Positions 41,412-51,930 of a DNA stretch of 64,000 nt are shown piece after piece (position 1 is the stretch's first letter; every line of letters begins with the position of its first letter). The stretch lies in the NCBI GenBank assembly GCA_963839835.1, contig CAWIWO010000016.1, positions 10,573 to 74,572 on the forward strand, in the 5' to 3' direction. The position numbers and the translations under genes were made by a program. The stretch is from an uncultured Actinomycetota bacterium. GTDB taxonomy: Bacteria > Actinomycetota > Actinomycetes > Propionibacteriales > Nocardioidaceae. Under the pieces are notes generated by a model. It had not been told where the DNA came from. It searched no databases and worked only from the letters and a program-made list of their open reading frames with translations.

Positions 41412-42245
41412 ATGTCTTATGCGCTGACCGACCAGCTCCGCCTGCCGGCGGGGCCCGTCCTCCTCGATGATCTCGACCCCGCATCCACTCCCGGTTTCGA
41501 CGGCCGCAAGCGGGAGGCCGAGAAGTCCCTGCGTGACCTCGGCGAGGACCTGCGGGACCTCCAGGAGCGGATGTTCGCCCAGGCCTACACGGGCGGGTCG
41601 CGGCGGATCCTCGTCGTGCTCCAGGGGATGGACACCTCGGGCAAGGGCGGGGTGATCGACCGCGCCCTGGGCCAGCTGCGGCCCAGCGCCCTGCGGGTGA
41701 CCTCGTTCAAGAAGCCGACAGAGGAGGAGGCCGCCCACGACTTCCTCTGGCGCGTGGAGAAGGTGCTCCCCGGGCCGGGGCTCGTCGGTGTCTTCGACCG
41801 CTCGCACTACGAGGACGTGCTCGCCGCGCGCGTGCACGAGCTCGCGGACGAGGCCGAGATCGAGAGGCGCTACGGGGCCATCAACGCCTTCGAGAAGCAG
41901 CTCGTGGAGTCCGGCACCGTCGTGATCAAGTGCTTCCTGCACGTCTCGCTGGAGGAGCAGGGCGAACGGCTGCGCGCCCGGCTCGAGGAGCGGGACAAGC
42001 AGTGGAAGTTCCATCCCTCGGACGTCGACGAGCGCGAGAGGTGGGAGGACTACCGGCGTGCCTACACCGTCGCCCTCGAGCGCTGCCACACCGAGGCTGC
42101 GCCGTGGTACGTCATCCCCAGCGACAAGAAGTGGTACCGGAACTGGGCCGTGGGCAAGCTGCTCACCGAGGCGCTCGAGGGCATGCAGCTGGACTGGCCG
42201 GTCCCGGACTACGACGTCGAGGAGCAGAGGGCCCGGCTGACGTGA
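41412..42245 (+). CDS. ppk2: Polyphosphate kinase 2 family
   Basis: QGMDTSGKGG, FKKPT..HDFLWR, FDRSHYEDV, KWYRN. Confidence 0.95.
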   Translation: MSYALTDQLRLPAGPVLLDDLDPASTPGFDGRKREAEKSLRDLGEDLRDLQERMFAQAYTGGSRRILVVLQGMDTSGKGGVIDRALGQLRPSALRVTSFKKPTEEEAAHDFLWRVEKVLPGPGLVGVFDRSHYEDVLAARVHELADEAEIERRYGAINAFEKQLVESGTVVIKCFLHVSLEEQGERLRARLEERDKQWKFHPSDVDERERWEDYRRAYTVALERCHTEAAPWYVIPSDKKWYRNWAVGKLLTEALEGMQLDWPVPDYDVEEQRARLT

Positions 42246-42255
42246 GCGGCACCCG

Positions 42256-43039
42256 ATGAGAGGTGTGCGGGCCACCCGCTACGTCACCCCGCTGCGGGAG
42301 GGAGGCTCGCTCCCGGGCGTGGTCGAGGCAGACGACCTGGGCATCTACGTGTGCAAGTTCCGCGGTGCCGGTCAGGGGCTGCGCGTCCTCGTGGCCGAGG
42401 TGGTCGTGGCGCAGGTCGCGCGACTGGTCGACGTACCCGTCCCGGACCTGGTCACCGTCGACCTCGCGCAGGAGATCGGGCGCTACGAGGCCGACCAGGA
42501 GGTGCAGGACCTCCTGAACAGGAGCCTCGGGCTCAACCTCGGGGTGGACCTGCTCCCGGGTGCCTTCGGCTACGACGCGTCGTACGTGCCGGAGCCCGAC
42601 CTCGCCGGGCGGATCCTGTGGCTGGACGCGTTGTGCGCCAACGTCGACCGCTCCTGGCGCAACCCCAACCTGCTGATCTGGAGCGGTCGGCTCTTCGCGA
42701 TCGACCACGGCGCGGCGCTGTACTTCCACCACGCCTGGCCGGGTAGCCAGGCGACGGACGAGGAGCTGGCCCAGCGCTTCGCGGCCCAGCCCTACGACGC
42801 GAGCGAGCACATCCTGCGCCGTCACGCGGCCGAGGCGGCCGCCCAGGACGCCGAGCTGGCTGCGCGGATCACCCGAGACTCGCTGGCCGAGGCGCTCGCC
42901 GAGGTGCCCGACGAGTGGCTCGAACCCGTGCCTGGCGCCGAGAGCGCCGATGCGCTTCGCCGCGCGCTACGTCGAGCACCTGCTCGCCCGCGCGACAGGC
43001 GAGCGTTCCTGGCTGCCGGACGTGGAGGCCGTCCGATGA
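42256..43039 (+). CDS. HipA-like kinase, frameshift near 42965
   Basis: TPLREGGSLP, YVCKFRGAGQG..LVAE, NVDRSWRNPNLL, IDHGAAL; shifted frame ends DVEAVR* overlapping the next ATG. Confidence 0.85.
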
Positions 43040-43467
43040 CCGACTCGATCTCCGGCGCGAAGGGCTACCAGTACGTCGCGCTGCGGTGCGTGCCGCGGGT
43101 CGAGCGCGAGGAGTTCGTCAACGTCGGCGTGGTGCTGTTCTGCGACGAGGACGACTTCCTCGGCTCCGCCTTCCTCGTCGACGAGGAGCGACTGCGTGCC
43201 CTGGCACAGGAGGTCGACGTGGATGCGGTCCGCTCGGCTCTCGAGGCGGTGGACACCGTCTGCCGCGGGGAGGCGCACGTCGACTTCGGGGTTGGCGCCC
43301 GGGCCACTGCCTACGGCTCGCGTGAGGTCGCCGACGACCTGAGCACCCGTTTCGGCTTCCTGCGGGCCCCCCGCAGCACCGTCGTGCAACCCGGACCGGT
43401 GCACGGCGGTCTCACCCGCGACCCGGCCGCCGAGCTGCAGCGTCTGCTGCACGCCCTCGTCGGCTGA
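43036..43467 (+). CDS. DUF3037 domain protein
   Basis: YQYVALRCVPRVEREEFVNVGV, RFGFL.APRSTVVQ..PVHGG. Confidence 0.88.
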   Translation: MTDSISGAKGYQYVALRCVPRVEREEFVNVGVVLFCDEDDFLGSAFLVDEERLRALAQEVDVDAVRSALEAVDTVCRGEAHVDFGVGARATAYGSREVADDLSTRFGFLRAPRSTVVQPGPVHGGLTRDPAAELQRLLHALVG

Positions 43468-43472
43468 CCGGC

Positions 43473-43499
43473 TGTCACAAAGAGTCGCTCACCGGTGTC
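43473..43499 (+). promoter_or_regulatory. ECF41 (SigJ-type) promoter
   Basis: TGTCACA-n16-TGTC against the ECF41 consensus TGTCACA-n16-CGTC. Confidence 0.8.
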
Positions 43500-43541
43500 T
43501 CCATGGTCGACCCGACGACCAGGAATCCACCAGGAGGAGAC

Positions 43542-44135
43542 ATGACCAGCACGGCACGCGTCCCGGCCACCGAGATCACCGGCATCTACGGCGCGATGGT
43601 GAAGTGGTTCAGCGTCCGGCAGCTCGGCCAGGTGCCGGAGTCGCTCGGCGTGATGTGGCACCACCCAGCAGCACTCAAGGCGATGTTCGCCTTCGGCGGC
43701 AAGGCCGAGAAGTGGGACGAGTGCGACGCCAACCTGAAGTCGTTCGCGCACATGGCGGTGGCCTCGCTCGTCGGGTGCTCCTTCTGCCTCGACCTCGGCT
43801 ACTTCCAGGCGCACAACCACGGACTCGACCTCGACAAGGCCCGGGAGGTGCCGCGCTGGCGCGAGTCCGAGGTGTTCACCCCGCTGGAGCGCGCGGTGAT
43901 GGAGTACGCCGAGGCGATGACGATGACGCCGCCGACGGTGAGTGACGAGCTGTCGGCGCAGCTGCTGGAGGCACTGGGTCCGGCGGGGCTCCTCGAGCTC
44001 ACGACGTACGCCGGGCTGGCCAACCTGTACACCCGCAGCAACGTCGCCCTGGGCATCGAGGCACAGGGCTTCGCCGCCTCGTGCGGCCTGCGGCCGCTGG
44101 CCGAGCCGGGCGGCGCCGTACCCTCCACCCGATGA
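43542..44135 (+). CDS. Carboxymuconolactone decarboxylase/AhpD family protein
   Basis: GCSFCLD, WRES.VFT.LERA..EYAEAMT; AGGAGG RBS. Confidence 0.9.
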   Translation: MTSTARVPATEITGIYGAMVKWFSVRQLGQVPESLGVMWHHPAALKAMFAFGGKAEKWDECDANLKSFAHMAVASLVGCSFCLDLGYFQAHNHGLDLDKAREVPRWRESEVFTPLERAVMEYAEAMTMTPPTVSDELSAQLLEALGPAGLLELTTYAGLANLYTRSNVALGIEAQGFAASCGLRPLAEPGGAVPSTR

Positions 44136-45002
44136 GCACCGACCCGTTCACCACCCACCGGCGACTGCTGTTCACGGTCGCCTACGAGATGCTGGGCTCG
44201 GCCGTGGACGCCGAGGACGTGGTGCAGGAGACGTGGCTGCGGTGGGCCGAGGTCGACCGGGCCGAGGTGCGCGACCCGCGTGCCTACCTGGTGCGGGCGG
44301 TGACCCGGCAGGCGCTGAACCGGATGCGCACCTTGTCGCGCCGCCGCGAGGACTACGTCGGCGAGTGGCTCCCCGAGCCGCTGCTGACTTCCCCCGACGT
44401 GGCGGAAGACGTGGAGCTCGCCGAGAGCGTCTCCATCGCCATGTTGACGGTGCTCGAGACGCTCGGGCCGACCGAGCGGGCGGTGTTCGTGCTGCGCGAG
44501 GTCTTCGACGTGCCGTACGACGAGGTGGCTGCAGCGGTGGCGAAGACGCCGGCCGCGGTGAGGCAGATCGCCCACCGCGCCAAGGCGCACGTGGCCGCCC
44601 GGAGGCCGCGCGTCGAGGTGGACGCGGGGGAGAAGCGGGTGGTGGTGGACAGGTTCCGCGAGGCGGTCCGCACCGGCGACCTGCAGGCACTGCTCGACGT
44701 CCTCGCGCCCGACGTCCTGCTCGTTGCCGACGGTGGTGGCGTCGTGTCTGCCGCGAGGCACCCCATCACAGGGCGCCGAGAAGGTCGCCAACTTCCTCGG
44801 CCTGCTCGGCCGGATCGCGCCAGGAGCGCAGCTCGGCTCGCTGTGGGTCAACGGCGAGCCGGCCGTGCGGATCGACCTGGACGGCGCGCTGGACACTGTC
44901 GTCAGCCTGGTGGTCGAGGGCGGCCGGATCAGCAGGATCTACGCCGTCCGCAACCCGGAGAAGCTCACCCGCACGGACGCCGAGGCCGAGCTCGCCCGCT
45001 GA
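44132..45002 (+). CDS. sigJ: ECF41 RNA polymerase sigma factor with SnoaL-like tail, frameshift near 44770
   Basis: AYEMLGS..DAEDVVQE, YVGEWLPEP, DGGG, NPEKL. Confidence 0.9.
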
Positions 45003-45021
45003 GGCCTGGCGCATGCGTCGC

Positions 45022-45765
45022 TCAGACGGGGACGAGCTCGACCGCGCCGACCGCGTAGCGGGCCAGGATGGTGCGCGCCAGGACGGGGTCGGCCCCGAGA
45101 GGCGCCGAGACGGCCACCGCACCGGCTTCGAGGGCGAGCTCGGCGGCCCGGTCGGGCAGGAAGCCCGGCGCCAGGAACATCGAGGCGACCGCCACGTGGC
45201 GGCGCCCTTCGAGCCGGAAGGCGCGCACGGCCTCGCCGGTGGCCGGGGGAGCCGATGACGCGAAGGCCGCGGTCACCGGGAGGCGGTGGCGCGCCCCCCA
45301 GACACGGGCGAGCCTGCCGACCGCCTGGTTGGCCAGCGGGTTGGAGGAGCCCGCCGCGGCGAGCACCAGGGCGTCGAGCTCGCGCACGCGGGCCTCGCTC
45401 AGCGCGTCGCGCAGCCGGGTGTCGAGCACCGCGAGGAAGTCGGGCTCGAGCCCGAGGATGGCCGAGGCCCGGATCCGCAGCCCGGGGTGGCGACCGGTGG
45501 CCTCGGCCACGGCGTTCGGCACGTCGACGTTGGCGTGGTAGGCGTCGCTGAGCAACAGGGGCACGACGACGATCTCGTCGTACCCGTCCTTGACCAGTCG
45601 GTCGACGACCTGGCCGAAACCAGGGCGCGACAGCTCGAGGAACGCGGGCTCGACCCGGAGGCCCGGCCGCGCACGGCGCACCTCCTCGACGAGCGCCTTG
45701 ATGGTGGCCGCAGATCGTCGGTCGCGGCTGCCGTGGGCGAGGGTGATCAGTGCTGGAGCGGTCAT
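45022..45765 (-). CDS. Sirohydrochlorin chelatase (CbiX/SirB)
   Basis: AHGSRD, AFLEL, PLLL..AYHA.VD, FLAPG. Confidence 0.9.
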   Translation of the reverse strand: MTAPALITLAHGSRDRRSAATIKALVEEVRRARPGLRVEPAFLELSRPGFGQVVDRLVKDGYDEIVVVPLLLSDAYHANVDVPNAVAEATGRHPGLRIRASAILGLEPDFLAVLDTRLRDALSEARVRELDALVLAAAGSSNPLANQAVGRLARVWGARHRLPVTAAFASSAPPATGEAVRAFRLEGRRHVAVASMFLAPGFLPDRAAELALEAGAVAVSAPLGADPVLARTILARYAVGAVELVPV

Positions 45766-45858
45766 CGTGATCCGGCTCCCTTCGTTTCGGTGCCGCCGGT
45801 CGTCGTCGACGTTGGCGACGGCCCAGCGGGACTCAGGTGGGGTTGCAGGGCAAGTGGC

Positions 45859-46605
45859 TCAGGCATGGATGCCGCACTCGGTCTTGTTGAAGCCCGACCA
45901 GCGACCGCTGCGGGCGTCCTCGCCCTCGTCCACGCGGCGCGTGCACGGCCAGCACCCGATGGAGGGGAATCCGTCGTACTGGAGCGGGTTGACCAGCACG
46001 CCGTTCTCGGCGACGTACTTCTCGACGTCCTCGTCGCTCCACCGGGCGAGCGGGGAGACCTTGACCTTCTGCTTCTTCTCGTCCCACCCCACGACCGGTG
46101 CGATCACCCGGTTGTGCGTCTCCGCACGGCGTAGCCCGGTGGCCCAGGCGTCGTAGCCGGCGAGCGCGTCGTTGAGCGGCTTGACCTTGCGCAGGGCGCA
46201 GCACAGGTCCGGGTCCCGCGCGTACAGGTCCTTGCCGTACGTCGCATCCTGCTCGGCGACCGTCTGGGCCGGGGTGATGCTGAGCAGGTTGACCGGCATC
46301 GTGGCCTGCACCGCGTCGCGCGTGCCGATCGTCTCGGCGAAGTGGTAGCCCGTGTCGAGGAAGACCACGTCGATGCCGGGGTGCACGCTCGAGGCGAGGT
46401 GGCCGAGCACCGCGTCGGCCATCGAGGAGGTGATGCAGAAGCGGTCGCCGAAGGTGGCCACGGCCCACTCGATGATGTCCTGGGCGGGGGCGAGCTCGAG
46501 CTCGGCGCCCACGACGGACACGATCTCGCGCAGCTCCTCGGGCGAGCGGCCGACAGTCTCGGAGCCGCGGTACTCGCGTGCGGCCATGGTGGCGGGGATC
46601 GTCAT
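45859..46605 (-). CDS. cysH: APS/PAPS reductase
   Basis: FLDTGYHF, CCALRKV, TGLRR, SIGCWPCT, ECGIH. Confidence 0.95.
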   Translation of the reverse strand: MTIPATMAAREYRGSETVGRSPEELREIVSVVGAELELAPAQDIIEWAVATFGDRFCITSSMADAVLGHLASSVHPGIDVVFLDTGYHFAETIGTRDAVQATMPVNLLSITPAQTVAEQDATYGKDLYARDPDLCCALRKVKPLNDALAGYDAWATGLRRAETHNRVIAPVVGWDEKKQKVKVSPLARWSDEDVEKYVAENGVLVNPLQYDGFPSIGCWPCTRRVDEGEDARSGRWSGFNKTECGIHA

Positions 46606-46790
46606 CGCTCGGCCCCCTTCGTGCTCGCGCTCGCCGGGGGACGCAGCTGTCCGATCATGCTGACCTTGAACGCCCGCAGGCAGGAGCGGCATTCCCAGGC
46701 GCCGTGACCGGAGCCCTCGTCGGTCTCGTGCGGGAAGAGGTTCTCCTCGCCGCAGTAGGGGCAGTGGAACGGAACCGCACGAGCGCTCAT
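46602..46790 (-). CDS. Small zinc-ribbon protein in the sulfate assimilation operon
   Basis: PFHCPYCGE..W.CRSC.RAF; overlaps both neighbours. Confidence 0.8.
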   Translation of the reverse strand: MSARAVPFHCPYCGEENLFPHETDEGSGHGAWECRSCLRAFKVSMIGQLRPPASASTKGAER

Positions 46791-48511
46791 ACGGCGAGGC
46801 TCTTCTCTCCGCGCAGCAGGATCTCCTCCGCGCGGTTGGCCCAGGTCGCGAACGTCTCGCCGTCGGTGCGGTCCTCGAGGTAGTTGCCGACGACCACGCT
46901 GACGTAGTCGTCGAGCCCCGTGCTGGTGACCTTGTGGGCGCGCAGCTTCTTGCCGAACCCGTTCTCCAGCCCCAGCGCGCCGCCCAGGTGCACCTGGAAG
47001 CCCTCCACCTGCTCGCCGTCGTCGTCCAGCACGAGCTGGCCCTTCAGGCCGATGTCCGCGACCTGGGTGCGGGCGCAGGCGTTGGGGCAGCCGTTGACGT
47101 TGATGCTGATGGCGGTGTCGAGGTCGGGGAAGCGCCTCTCGAGCTCGTCGACGAGGTCGATCGCGCGTTGCTTGGTCTCCACGATCGCGAGCTTGCAGAA
47201 CTCGATCCCGGTGCAGGCCATCGTCGAGCGGCGCCAGTTCGAGGGCCGCACCTCGAGGTTGATCGCGGCGAGGTCGGCGACGAAGTCCTCGACCTTGTCC
47301 TCCGTCACCCCGAGCACGACGATCTTCTGCTGCGCGGTGAGGCGTGCACCGGAGGCGCCGTGCTTCTCCACCAGGTCGCCCAGCGCCGTGAGGGTGGCGC
47401 CGTTGATCCGGCCCGCGACCGGTGCCGCGCCGAGGTAGAACCGGCCGTCCTTCTGGGGATGTACGCCGATGTGGTCGCCTTCGGCCAGGCGCGCCTCCGG
47501 GGAGGGGCAGTCGACCAGGGTGCGGTGCAGGTACTCCTCCTCCAGGACCTGGCGAAACTTCTCCACGCCCCAGTCGGCGACCAGGAACTTCAGCCTCGCC
47601 CGGGAGCGCAGCCGCCGGTAGCCGTAGTCGCGGAAGATCGCGGTGACGCCCTCCCAGGCGTCGGCGACGTCCTCGAGGGCGATCCAGACGCCCAGCTTCT
47701 GGGCGAGCATCGGGTTGGTCGAGAGCCCGCCGCCGACCCAGAGGTCGAAGCCAGGGCCGTGCTCGGGGTGCACCGTGCCGACGAACGAGACGTCGTTGAC
47801 CGACGGCACGCAGTCCAGGCTCGGGTGTCCACTCGCCGAGGTCTTGAACTTGCGCGGCAGGTTGGAGTACTCCGGGTTGCCGATGAAGCGACGCTTGATC
47901 TCGGCCAGGGCAGGGGTGGCGTCGATGATCTCCTCAGCGGCGACGCCGGCGACGGGGGAGCCGAGGAACGGCCGGGGGGAGTCGCCGCAGGCCTCCAGGC
48001 TGGTCATCCCGACGTCGTCGAGCCGTTGCCAGATCTCCGGGACGTCCTCGATCTCGATCCAGTGGTACTGGATGTTCTGCCGGTCGGTGATGTCGGCTGT
48101 GTTCCGGGCGAAGTCGGTGGAGATGCTGCCGAGGGCCCGCAGCTGCTCCGGCCCGAGCAGGGCCCCGTCGCTGCGCACCCGGAGCATGAAGAACTCGTCG
48201 TCGAGCTCCTCCTCCTCGAGCATCGCGGTCTTGCCGCCGTCGAAGCCCGGGGCGCGCTGGGTGTAGAGCCCCATCCAGCGGAACCGGCCCCGGAGATCGG
48301 CCGGATCGATCGAGGCGAAGCCCTTGCGGGAGTAGATGTTCAGGATCCTGGCCCGCACGTTGAGCGGGTTGTCGTCCTTCTTGGACTGCTCGTTCTTGTT
48401 CAGCGGCTCGGTGTAGCCGAGCGCCCACTGGCCCTCGCCACGCTTGGGGCGGGCGCGGCCGGAACGGCCGACGCGCCCCTCAGTGGGGGCTGGAGACGTG
48501 CTGGAGGTCAT
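46787..48511 (-). CDS. sirA: Ferredoxin-dependent sulfite reductase
   Basis: TDRQNIQ, LPRKFK, ACTGIEFCK, NGCPNAC siroheme/4Fe-4S motifs; upstream of cysH. Confidence 0.93.
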   Translation of the reverse strand: MTSSTSPAPTEGRVGRSGRARPKRGEGQWALGYTEPLNKNEQSKKDDNPLNVRARILNIYSRKGFASIDPADLRGRFRWMGLYTQRAPGFDGGKTAMLEEEELDDEFFMLRVRSDGALLGPEQLRALGSISTDFARNTADITDRQNIQYHWIEIEDVPEIWQRLDDVGMTSLEACGDSPRPFLGSPVAGVAAEEIIDATPALAEIKRRFIGNPEYSNLPRKFKTSASGHPSLDCVPSVNDVSFVGTVHPEHGPGFDLWVGGGLSTNPMLAQKLGVWIALEDVADAWEGVTAIFRDYGYRRLRSRARLKFLVADWGVEKFRQVLEEEYLHRTLVDCPSPEARLAEGDHIGVHPQKDGRFYLGAAPVAGRINGATLTALGDLVEKHGASGARLTAQQKIVVLGVTEDKVEDFVADLAAINLEVRPSNWRRSTMACTGIEFCKLAIVETKQRAIDLVDELERRFPDLDTAISINVNGCPNACARTQVADIGLKGQLVLDDDGEQVEGFQVHLGGALGLENGFGKKLRAHKVTSTGLDDYVSVVVGNYLEDRTDGETFATWANRAEEILLRGEKSLAV

Positions 48512-48565
48512 CGCTCTCGTCCTGATGGCTCGACCGCGCTAGGGCGCGGTGCTCGGGCGGTCCGG

Positions 48566-48655
48566 TCAGGCGAGGTGACACATCATGCTGCCGGTACGAC
48601 CGAGGTCCACGTGGGGACGGCCCACGAGCCAGGTGGTCGTTGCGGCGCTGATCAT
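48566..48655 (-). CDS. Putative leaderless Cys-containing leader peptide (29 aa)
   Basis: MISAATTTWLVGRPHVDLGRTGSMMCHLA*; RxHVDL.R..S..C pattern; GAGACT -10-like hexamer 6 nt before the ATG. Confidence 0.75.
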   Translation of the reverse strand: MISAATTTWLVGRPHVDLGRTGSMMCHLA

Positions 48656-48783
48656 GGAGCCAGTCTCAGGTTGCGGACACCGTGACCACAAACGTGAATC
48701 TCATGCAGTGAGACGCGCGTTCAGGATGTGGACAGGCCATGAGGGTCTGGGCGAGCCGCAGGACTGCCCCCTAGTGTGCTGCC

Positions 48784-50232
48784 ATGAGCGACTCCACGCT
48801 GGCCAAGACCGCTTCCACGGCGTACGACGCGGCCCTCGAGGTGATCGCCTCGGTGGAACCGCGTGTGGCCGACGCCACACGCAAGGAGCTGGCCGACCAG
48901 CGCGCCTCGCTGAAGCTGATCGCCTCCGAGAACTACGCCTCGCCCGCCGTGCTGCTGACGATGGGGACCTGGTTCAGCGACAAGTACGCCGAGGGCACGG
49001 TCGGCCACCGCTTCTATGCCGCCTGCCAGAACGTCGACACGGTGGAGGCGCTCGCCGCCGAGCACGCACGCGAGCTGTTCGGCGCGCAGTACGCCTACGC
49101 CCAGCCGCACTCCGGCATCGACGCCAACCTGGTGGCCTTCTGGTCCATCCTCGCCAACCGGGTGGAGACCCCCGCCCTCGAGCGGCTGTCCGCGAAGAAC
49201 GTCAACGAGCTCTCCGAGGCCGACTGGGAGACCCTGCGCCACGAGTTCGGAGAGCAGCGACTGCTGGGCATGGCGCTGGACGCCGGCGGGCACCTCACCC
49301 ACGGCTTCCGGCCCAACATCAGCGGGAAGATGTTCCACCAGCAGCAGTACGGCACCGACCCGGAGAGCGGCTTGCTGGACTACGACGTGGTCGCGGCGAA
49401 GGCCCGCGAGTTCAGGCCGTTGGTGCTCGTGGCCGGCTACTCGGCCTACCCGCGGCGGGTCAACTTCGCGAAGATGCGCGAGATCGCCGACGAGGTCGGG
49501 GCCGTCCTGATGGTCGACATGGCGCACTTCGCCGGCCTGGTCGCCGGGAAGGTGTTCACCGGCGACGAGGACCCCGTGCCGCACGCCCAGATCGTGACCA
49601 CCACGACGCACAAGTCGCTGCGGGGCCCTCGCGGCGGGCTGGTGCTCGCGCAGGAGGAGTTCGCCGCTGACGTCGACCGCGGCTGCCCGATGGTGCTCGG
49701 TGGGCCCCTGTCCCACGTGATGGCGGCCAAGGCCGTGGCCCTGGCCGAGGCCCGCCAGCCGTCGTTCCAGGTCTACGCGCAGAACATCGCCGACAACGCC
49801 AAGTCGCTGGCGGACGGCTTCCTCTCCCGTGGCGCCACGCTGGTCACCGGTGGCACCGACAACCACATCGTGCTGCTCGACGTCTCGTCGTACGGCCTCA
49901 CCGGCCGGCAGGCGGAGTCGGCGCTGCTGGAGGCCGGCGTGGTCACCAACCGCAACTCCGTGCCGGGTGACCCCAACGGCGCCTGGTACACCTCCGGCAT
50001 CCGGTTCGGCACCCCGGCGCTGACCACGCGCGGGTTCGGGCACGACGAGTTCGACACGGTGTCCGACCTCGTCCACGAGGTGCTCTCCAACACCACGCCC
50101 GGCACCAACAAGGCCGGGGCGCCTTCCAAGGCGACGTACACGGTGGCGGACGGCGTCGCAGACCGCGTGCGCGCACGGTCGGCCGAGATGCTGGACAAGC
50201 ACCCGCTCTACCCCGGGCTCGAGCTCACCTGA
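48784..50232 (+). CDS. glyA: Serine hydroxymethyltransferase
   Basis: [49 protein letters not shown]. Confidence 0.97.
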   Translation: MSDSTLAKTASTAYDAALEVIASVEPRVADATRKELADQRASLKLIASENYASPAVLLTMGTWFSDKYAEGTVGHRFYAACQNVDTVEALAAEHARELFGAQYAYAQPHSGIDANLVAFWSILANRVETPALERLSAKNVNELSEADWETLRHEFGEQRLLGMALDAGGHLTHGFRPNISGKMFHQQQYGTDPESGLLDYDVVAAKAREFRPLVLVAGYSAYPRRVNFAKMREIADEVGAVLMVDMAHFAGLVAGKVFTGDEDPVPHAQIVTTTTHKSLRGPRGGLVLAQEEFAADVDRGCPMVLGGPLSHVMAAKAVALAEARQPSFQVYAQNIADNAKSLADGFLSRGATLVTGGTDNHIVLLDVSSYGLTGRQAESALLEAGVVTNRNSVPGDPNGAWYTSGIRFGTPALTTRGFGHDEFDTVSDLVHEVLSNTTPGTNKAGAPSKATYTVADGVADRVRARSAEMLDKHPLYPGLELT

Positions 50233-50235
50233 GGT

Positions 50236-51391
50236 CTAGGTCGTCGACGCAGGCTCGGTGTCGTCGAGCAGGTCGAGGCTGAACCGGGCGATCGCCGCTC
50301 GGTGCGCTGCGATCTCGTGCAGCTGGGGAGTCGGCTCGCACCCGAGGTGCTCCCACGGCAGGCACGAGAAGCCGGTGAAGATCATCAGCTGCAGGGCGTG
50401 CGCGCGCCGCACGACGTCCGCGGGGACCTGGCACCCCTCGTCCCGCAGGCCCTCGACGTAGGCCGGCAGGATCGCCTCCTCGACCGTCCCTGAGGTCGTC
50501 GCCGGCGCGTCGGCCCACCTGCACGTCACCGACGAGCAGCTGGGACAGGTCGAAGCCGACGGGCTCACCGCCCCAGAAGCCGAAGTCGATCAGCACGAAG
50601 CCGTCGTACCCCTCGGTCCGCAGCAGGTTGTTGGGGCAGGCGTCACCGTGGCTGGTCGTGCGCGGGAGCGCGAGGACCTCCTCGACGAGGTCGTCAGCCC
50701 GGTCGGCCGCCGCGAGCAGCCGCGATCTGGTCTCCTCGTCGAACGCCTCGGCCACGAGCGGGTGTCGCCAGATGCCCTCGTCGCGAAGCATCGGCAGGAC
50801 CTGGATGGCGAGGCGCCCGTCGCGATAGGTGCGGATGTCGAAGTCGTGCCGACCCACGTCCGTGAGGGCTGCTACTCGCTGGTCGACTGCGAGCCGGCCC
50901 AGCAGGTGGGCCGCACGGGCATAGGTGTCCAGGTCCCAGGGCGTCGGATCCGGGCGGACCTCCTCCAGCCACACGGCCGCCGACTTCTCGTCGAGGTCGA
51001 AGACGCCGAGCGCGCGAGGCATGCAGAGACCTTCGGGCAGCCGCTCGCGGAGGTCGGAGCGGTAGGCCAGGGCCTCCGTGCGCCACGGCACGCTGGCCTC
51101 GGCCATCTCCCGGTGCTCCGGGGGGACGTCCCCGAACAAGGGGGAGCGCGACCAGGACTGGATGTGCTTGACGAACATCCGCCACGGGCGGTCCTCGTCA
51201 CCCACGAGGGCTGACCCGCTGACCCAGTAGCGGCCCGCGGTGGTGATCGTCGGCAGCTCGTAGGGGAACTCCTCGACCTGGGATCCCTGTACCGACGTGT
51301 CTGCCGGGTCGCTGCCGAGGAGGTCGGCCACCATCGCGGTGAGCTGCTCGTCGCTGACGTCCGCCGGCCCGAGGGCGCTCCTGGCGTCCAT
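50236..51391 (-). CDS. Aminoglycoside phosphotransferase-like kinase, frameshift near 50490
   Basis: FVKH, WLEEV, HGDACPNNLL, LIDFG, DLSQLL. Confidence 0.8.
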
Positions 51392-51410
51392 GACGCCTCC
51401 CTCCACCTTT

Positions 51411-51455
51411 GGTAAAGTGACTTTACCTTCTTCAAGAAGGTAAAGTGGCTTTATG
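51411..51455. promoter_or_regulatory. Two MarR-type operators
   Basis: Perfect GGTAAAG-tga-CTTTACC (51411-51427) and GGTAAAG-tgg-CTTTATG (51439-51455), the latter overlapping the -10 and the start codon. Confidence 0.8.
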
Positions 51456-51891
51456 ACTTCTGTCAAGGTCGAGTACCCGCGCGAGGAGTGGCACGTCCCC
51501 CTGCTGATGGGGGTGCTCTTCCGTGAGGTGCGCCGGGGCTTCGCCGAGGAGCAGTGGCACGGGTTGCGCCAGTCGCACTTCCGGGTGATCACGTCGGTGC
51601 CGGAAGAGGGCATCAGCGTGACCGAGCTCGCGGAGCGGGTCGGGATGAGCAAGCAGGGATGTGGGCAGTTCGTCACCACGCTCGTGGAGAGCGGCCACCT
51701 GCGGGTCGCCGCGGACCCGGCGGACCGGCGCGTGCGCCTCGTTCGCCGTACTGCGAAGGGCAACCGCACCGTCGCCGCGGTCACCCGACGGATGCTCGAG
51801 ATCGAGGACGACTGGGCCGACCGCGTCGGTCGTCAGCGGTACCGCACCTTTCGTGCGGGTCCTCGAGGAGCTCGCGCAACCGGCCGGGTAG
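51453..51891 (+). CDS. MarR family regulator, frameshift near 51850
   Basis: ELAERVGMSKQ..LVESG..DPADRRVRLV..T.KG. Confidence 0.88.
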
Positions 51892-51930
51892 CCCATTGCC
51901 ACGGACCGCCGGTGCCGCCACCATCGAGGG

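Noticed and set aside
42256-43467. 403-aa HipA-DUF3037 fusion in the ORF track
   Set aside because: A frameshift near 42965 explains it; the shifted frame ends in an ATGA stop/start overlap typical of two genes
48660-48783. ZTP or glycine riboswitch upstream of glyA
   Set aside because: TAGTGT lies 6 nt before the ATG, suggesting a leaderless transcript, and no aptamer motifs were seen
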